The position numbers were made by a program, and so were the translations under genes. A stretch of 63,043 nt of DNA, filler included, from Candidatus Desantisbacteria bacterium CG1_02_49_89 (GTDB taxonomy: Bacteria; Desantisbacteria; UBA1551): the NCBI GenBank assembly GCA_001871075.1. It is 6 parts of 6 records of this genome, joined end to end, with 100 filler letters (N's around TTAATTAATTAA, not from the genome) between each part and the next. Parts side by side here need not be neighbours in the genome. Positions count along the whole stretch, not along the records: positions 57,579 to 63,043 come from MNUP01000089.1; 5 more parts are not named here. The stretch is one strand, 5' to 3'. The notes under the pieces are model-generated. The model worked only from the letters and a program-made list of their open reading frames with translations, ran no database searches and had not been told where the DNA came from. This document shows, piece after piece, positions 60,609-63,043 of the stretch. Position 1 is the first letter of the stretch. Each line of letters starts with the position of its first letter.

Positions 60609-61562
60609 ATGGATAAAGTAAAAGTTGCGCTGATCGGGGCAGGGGGTATGGCGAACGCGGTCCATTATCCCTCGCTGGCTGAATTTCCTGACGTGGAAAT
60701 AACCGGGTTGTGCGACCTGGTTGAGGATAAGTTGAAGGCAACGGCGAAGGCATTCAAGATAGAAAAGACGTTCGCGGACTACAGGAAGATGCTGGATGAG
60801 ACAAAACCCCGGGCGGTTTATATCCTTATGCCGCCCCACCATCTTTTTGACATTGTCATACACTGCCTTAACCGGAAGCTGAACGTTTTTATAGAAAAGC
60901 CGCCCGGAGTTTACACGGGACAGACCGTAGAGATGGCAAACCTGGCCGAGAAGAACAAGTGCATTACGATGGTTGGGTTCCAGAGACGGTTTGCGCCTTT
61001 GAGCGTTGCGGCGAAGAAAAGGGTGGATGAAAGGGGAATGCTGCAGTGTTCCGCGATGTTCATTAAGAATTACACCGGCGGGCCGTATTATGACGGAGCG
61101 GTTGATATCCTGACGTCAGACGCGATACACGCGGTTGACAACCTGCGCTGGATGGGCGGCGAAGTAAAGAAGGTTTTCAGCGACGTGAAAAAGGTGGATT
61201 TTGACTACCACAACATGTTTAACGCGATGGTGCAGTTCGAGAACGGAAGCATCGGGTTCCTTATCGCGAACTGGAGGGCGGGAAAGCGCATATTCAGAGT
61301 TGAAATGCACGGGAGAGGTATTTCCGCTTTCGTTGAGCCGGAAGCGAGGTCCGTTATTTACAAGGACAGCAATGAAGACGGCGAGATAACCGCCGCAAAA
61401 GATGCCGCTGGCAGCGCGGAGTTTTACAAAACAGCGGGTTTCTTCGCGGAAAACAGGCATTTTATTGACTGCGTTAAGGAAGGAAAGCAACCGGTTACGA
61501 ATTTCTCCGACGCGGTCAAAACAATGGAGCTCTGCGATAAAATCTACAGATCGCAAATATAA
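60609..61562 (+). CDS. Gfo/Idh/MocA oxidoreductase
   Basis: IGAGGMA, EKP, GFQRRF, DAIHAVD; start ATG 60609 after ggagg. Confidence 0.92.
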   Translation: MDKVKVALIGAGGMANAVHYPSLAEFPDVEITGLCDLVEDKLKATAKAFKIEKTFADYRKMLDETKPRAVYILMPPHHLFDIVIHCLNRKLNVFIEKPPGVYTGQTVEMANLAEKNKCITMVGFQRRFAPLSVAAKKRVDERGMLQCSAMFIKNYTGGPYYDGAVDILTSDAIHAVDNLRWMGGEVKKVFSDVKKVDFDYHNMFNAMVQFENGSIGFLIANWRAGKRIFRVEMHGRGISAFVEPEARSVIYKDSNEDGEITAAKDAAGSAEFYKTAGFFAENRHFIDCVKEGKQPVTNFSDAVKTMELCDKIYRSQI

Positions 61563-61692
61563 ATGCGTGTCAGCGTATCAACGTATCAGCGTGTCAGAGC
61601 AAATGCAAGGAATAGTTTATTCCAATAAATCCTTGTTGTTGCGTTGACACGTTGACACTTTGACACGTTGATACGTATTTACGGGAGGCAGC

Positions 61693-62373
61693 ATGCTTAC
61701 TTGGAAGAAAGTGCTCGTGTTCGGGGCGCATAGCGACGATGAGATAATAGGGCCGGGCGGGACCATAGCGAAACTGAGCAGGCAGGGGGCTGCGGTCACT
61801 GTTGTGACCTTCACCACAGGGGATATGGGTTATTCAAAACTTTCGCATAAGGGCAGGATTGGCAGGATCCGCAGTATCGAGGCAAAAAGATCGGCAAAGA
61901 TCCTCGGCATCAGGCAGGTCGTGAACCTCGGGCTTCCCACTCAGTCAGTAGTAAACGTCAGGGAGGTGTACCAGGAATGCGTGCGCCTGATACGCAGGTT
62001 CAGGCCGGACGTGATATTCACGCATTACAAATGCGATAAGCACAGGGACCACAGAGCTGTAAGCGAGATAACGGACGAGGCAAGGTGGAAGGCAAGCGAG
62101 AATATCATGCCGGATTTCGGCAAGCCCTGGTACACGCAGGAGTTTTATTTCTACGAAGTCCTTGAGCTGTTCACGTCGCCTTCGGTCCTGGTTGATATAA
62201 CCGGGACGCTTAACGCGAAGGTCAGGGCGATGAAGACGCAGGCCAGCCAGATGAGTAACCTGCGGGGCATGGAAAGGTATATTGAGGGGGTCGCGGCAGC
62301 GCGGGGGTTCCTGCGCGGCACGAAATACGCGGAAGCCTTCTTAGCTTCTAATTTCCTTCCCAGGAAATTATAA
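61693..62373 (+). CDS. PIG-L/LmbE family N-deacetylase
   Basis: AHSDDE, HRDH, AEAF. Confidence 0.9.
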   Translation: MLTWKKVLVFGAHSDDEIIGPGGTIAKLSRQGAAVTVVTFTTGDMGYSKLSHKGRIGRIRSIEAKRSAKILGIRQVVNLGLPTQSVVNVREVYQECVRLIRRFRPDVIFTHYKCDKHRDHRAVSEITDEARWKASENIMPDFGKPWYTQEFYFYEVLELFTSPSVLVDITGTLNAKVRAMKTQASQMSNLRGMERYIEGVAAARGFLRGTKYAEAFLASNFLPRKL

Positions 62374-62464
62374 GCTGCTTATGGCTTATCGCATATCGCG
62401 TATCGTTTGAAGCTTTTAACGATAAGCGATTAGCGATGTGCGATACGCGTTTTAAGGAGTTGAC

Positions 62465-63043
62465 ATGAAGGACACATTTTTAATACAGGACGGGCAGATC
62501 CTTGTGTTCATGGGGGACAGCATAACGTCCGACGCCAAGGGTTACGCGGCGCTTGTGGAAGAGATCGCGCGCCTGAGGTATCCTGAGAGGAACATGAAAT
62601 TCATAAACGCAGGCATCGGCGGCAACCGTTCAACGGACATGCTGGCAAGGTTTGAAACCGACGTGCTCAGGCACAAGCCTAAACTTGTTTCCATAACGTC
62701 AGGCGCAAACGACATAGCCAGGTTCATAACAGACCCACCCACGGCTTTAGGCCTGCCGGATTACTCGCAAGCAATCAGCTCCATGGCGGAAAAGACCATA
62801 TCAGCGCACGCTTTTCCCATACTTGTCTCACCCCCGCCTTTTGAGGCGCACTGGCATGCGGAAGGCGGAGCAGCAGAAGTCAACAAACGCATGGAAAAAT
62901 ACGCGAAATGGATGAGGGAATACGCGGAAGAGAACAGGCTGGTTTACGTGCCATTTTTTGAGGAATTCCTGGAAGTTTCAAAAAAGTTCCGCAAACGCGC
63001 GCCGGACTTCAGGCTCACGGAGGACGGGGTGCACCTTAATTTC
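62465..63043 (+). CDS. SGNH/GDSL hydrolase (runs off window; not in ORF track)
   Basis: FMGDSIT, NAGIGG, GAND, DGVHL. Confidence 0.9.
   Translation, partial: MKDTFLIQDGQILVFMGDSITSDAKGYAALVEEIARLRYPERNMKFINAGIGGNRSTDMLARFETDVLRHKPKLVSITSGANDIARFITDPPTALGLPDYSQAISSMAEKTISAHAFPILVSPPPFEAHWHAEGGAAEVNKRMEKYAKWMREYAEENRLVYVPFFEEFLEVSKKFRKRAPDFRLTEDGVHLNF

Overview
This is not one locus. It is six contigs joined by N-runs with a TTAATTAATTAA linker (junctions near 6257-6356, 31567-31666, 36930-37029, 49182-49281, 57479-57578), so adjacency across linkers means nothing. Gene content suggests an anaerobic, diderm, carbohydrate-degrading bacterium of moderate GC; I cannot name the taxon. Contig 1: a T9SS-like trio (PorV-like barrel with perfect 498-bp coiled-coil repeats, large OM protein, CTD-bearing cargo cut by an ISL3 element). 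Contig 2: GH127, two DegT aminotransferases, deacetylases, a TIR-flanked Y1 transposase, apbE, amrS, rnfCDGEAB, nrdD, nrdR with NrdR boxes, and a CRISPR region. Contig 3: four-helix-bundle gene, DUF1854, ABC exporter. Contig 4: UROD-family, BNR protein, two sulfatase-family genes, GH3, AAA-wHTH islet, complete ISL3-like IS. Contig 5: pdxJ-folP-folE-ftsH-tilS, tRNA-Met, large serine recombinase. Contig 6: nitrilase, two UROD-family, Gfo/Idh/MocA, PIG-L, SGNH. Most notable: (1) one CRISPR array that switches from a 32-bp I-C-type repeat to a 37-bp repeat at a shared 10-bp end; (2) a separate mini-array whose two spacers share a hairpin core; (3) a ~130-nt structured element in two copies with compensatory changes; (4) short-period and palindromic repeats that invade coding sequences in frame; (5) a serine recombinase whose stop codon lies inside the tRNA-Met 5' end. 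No cas genes are visible. All family calls come from motif recognition, not database searches.
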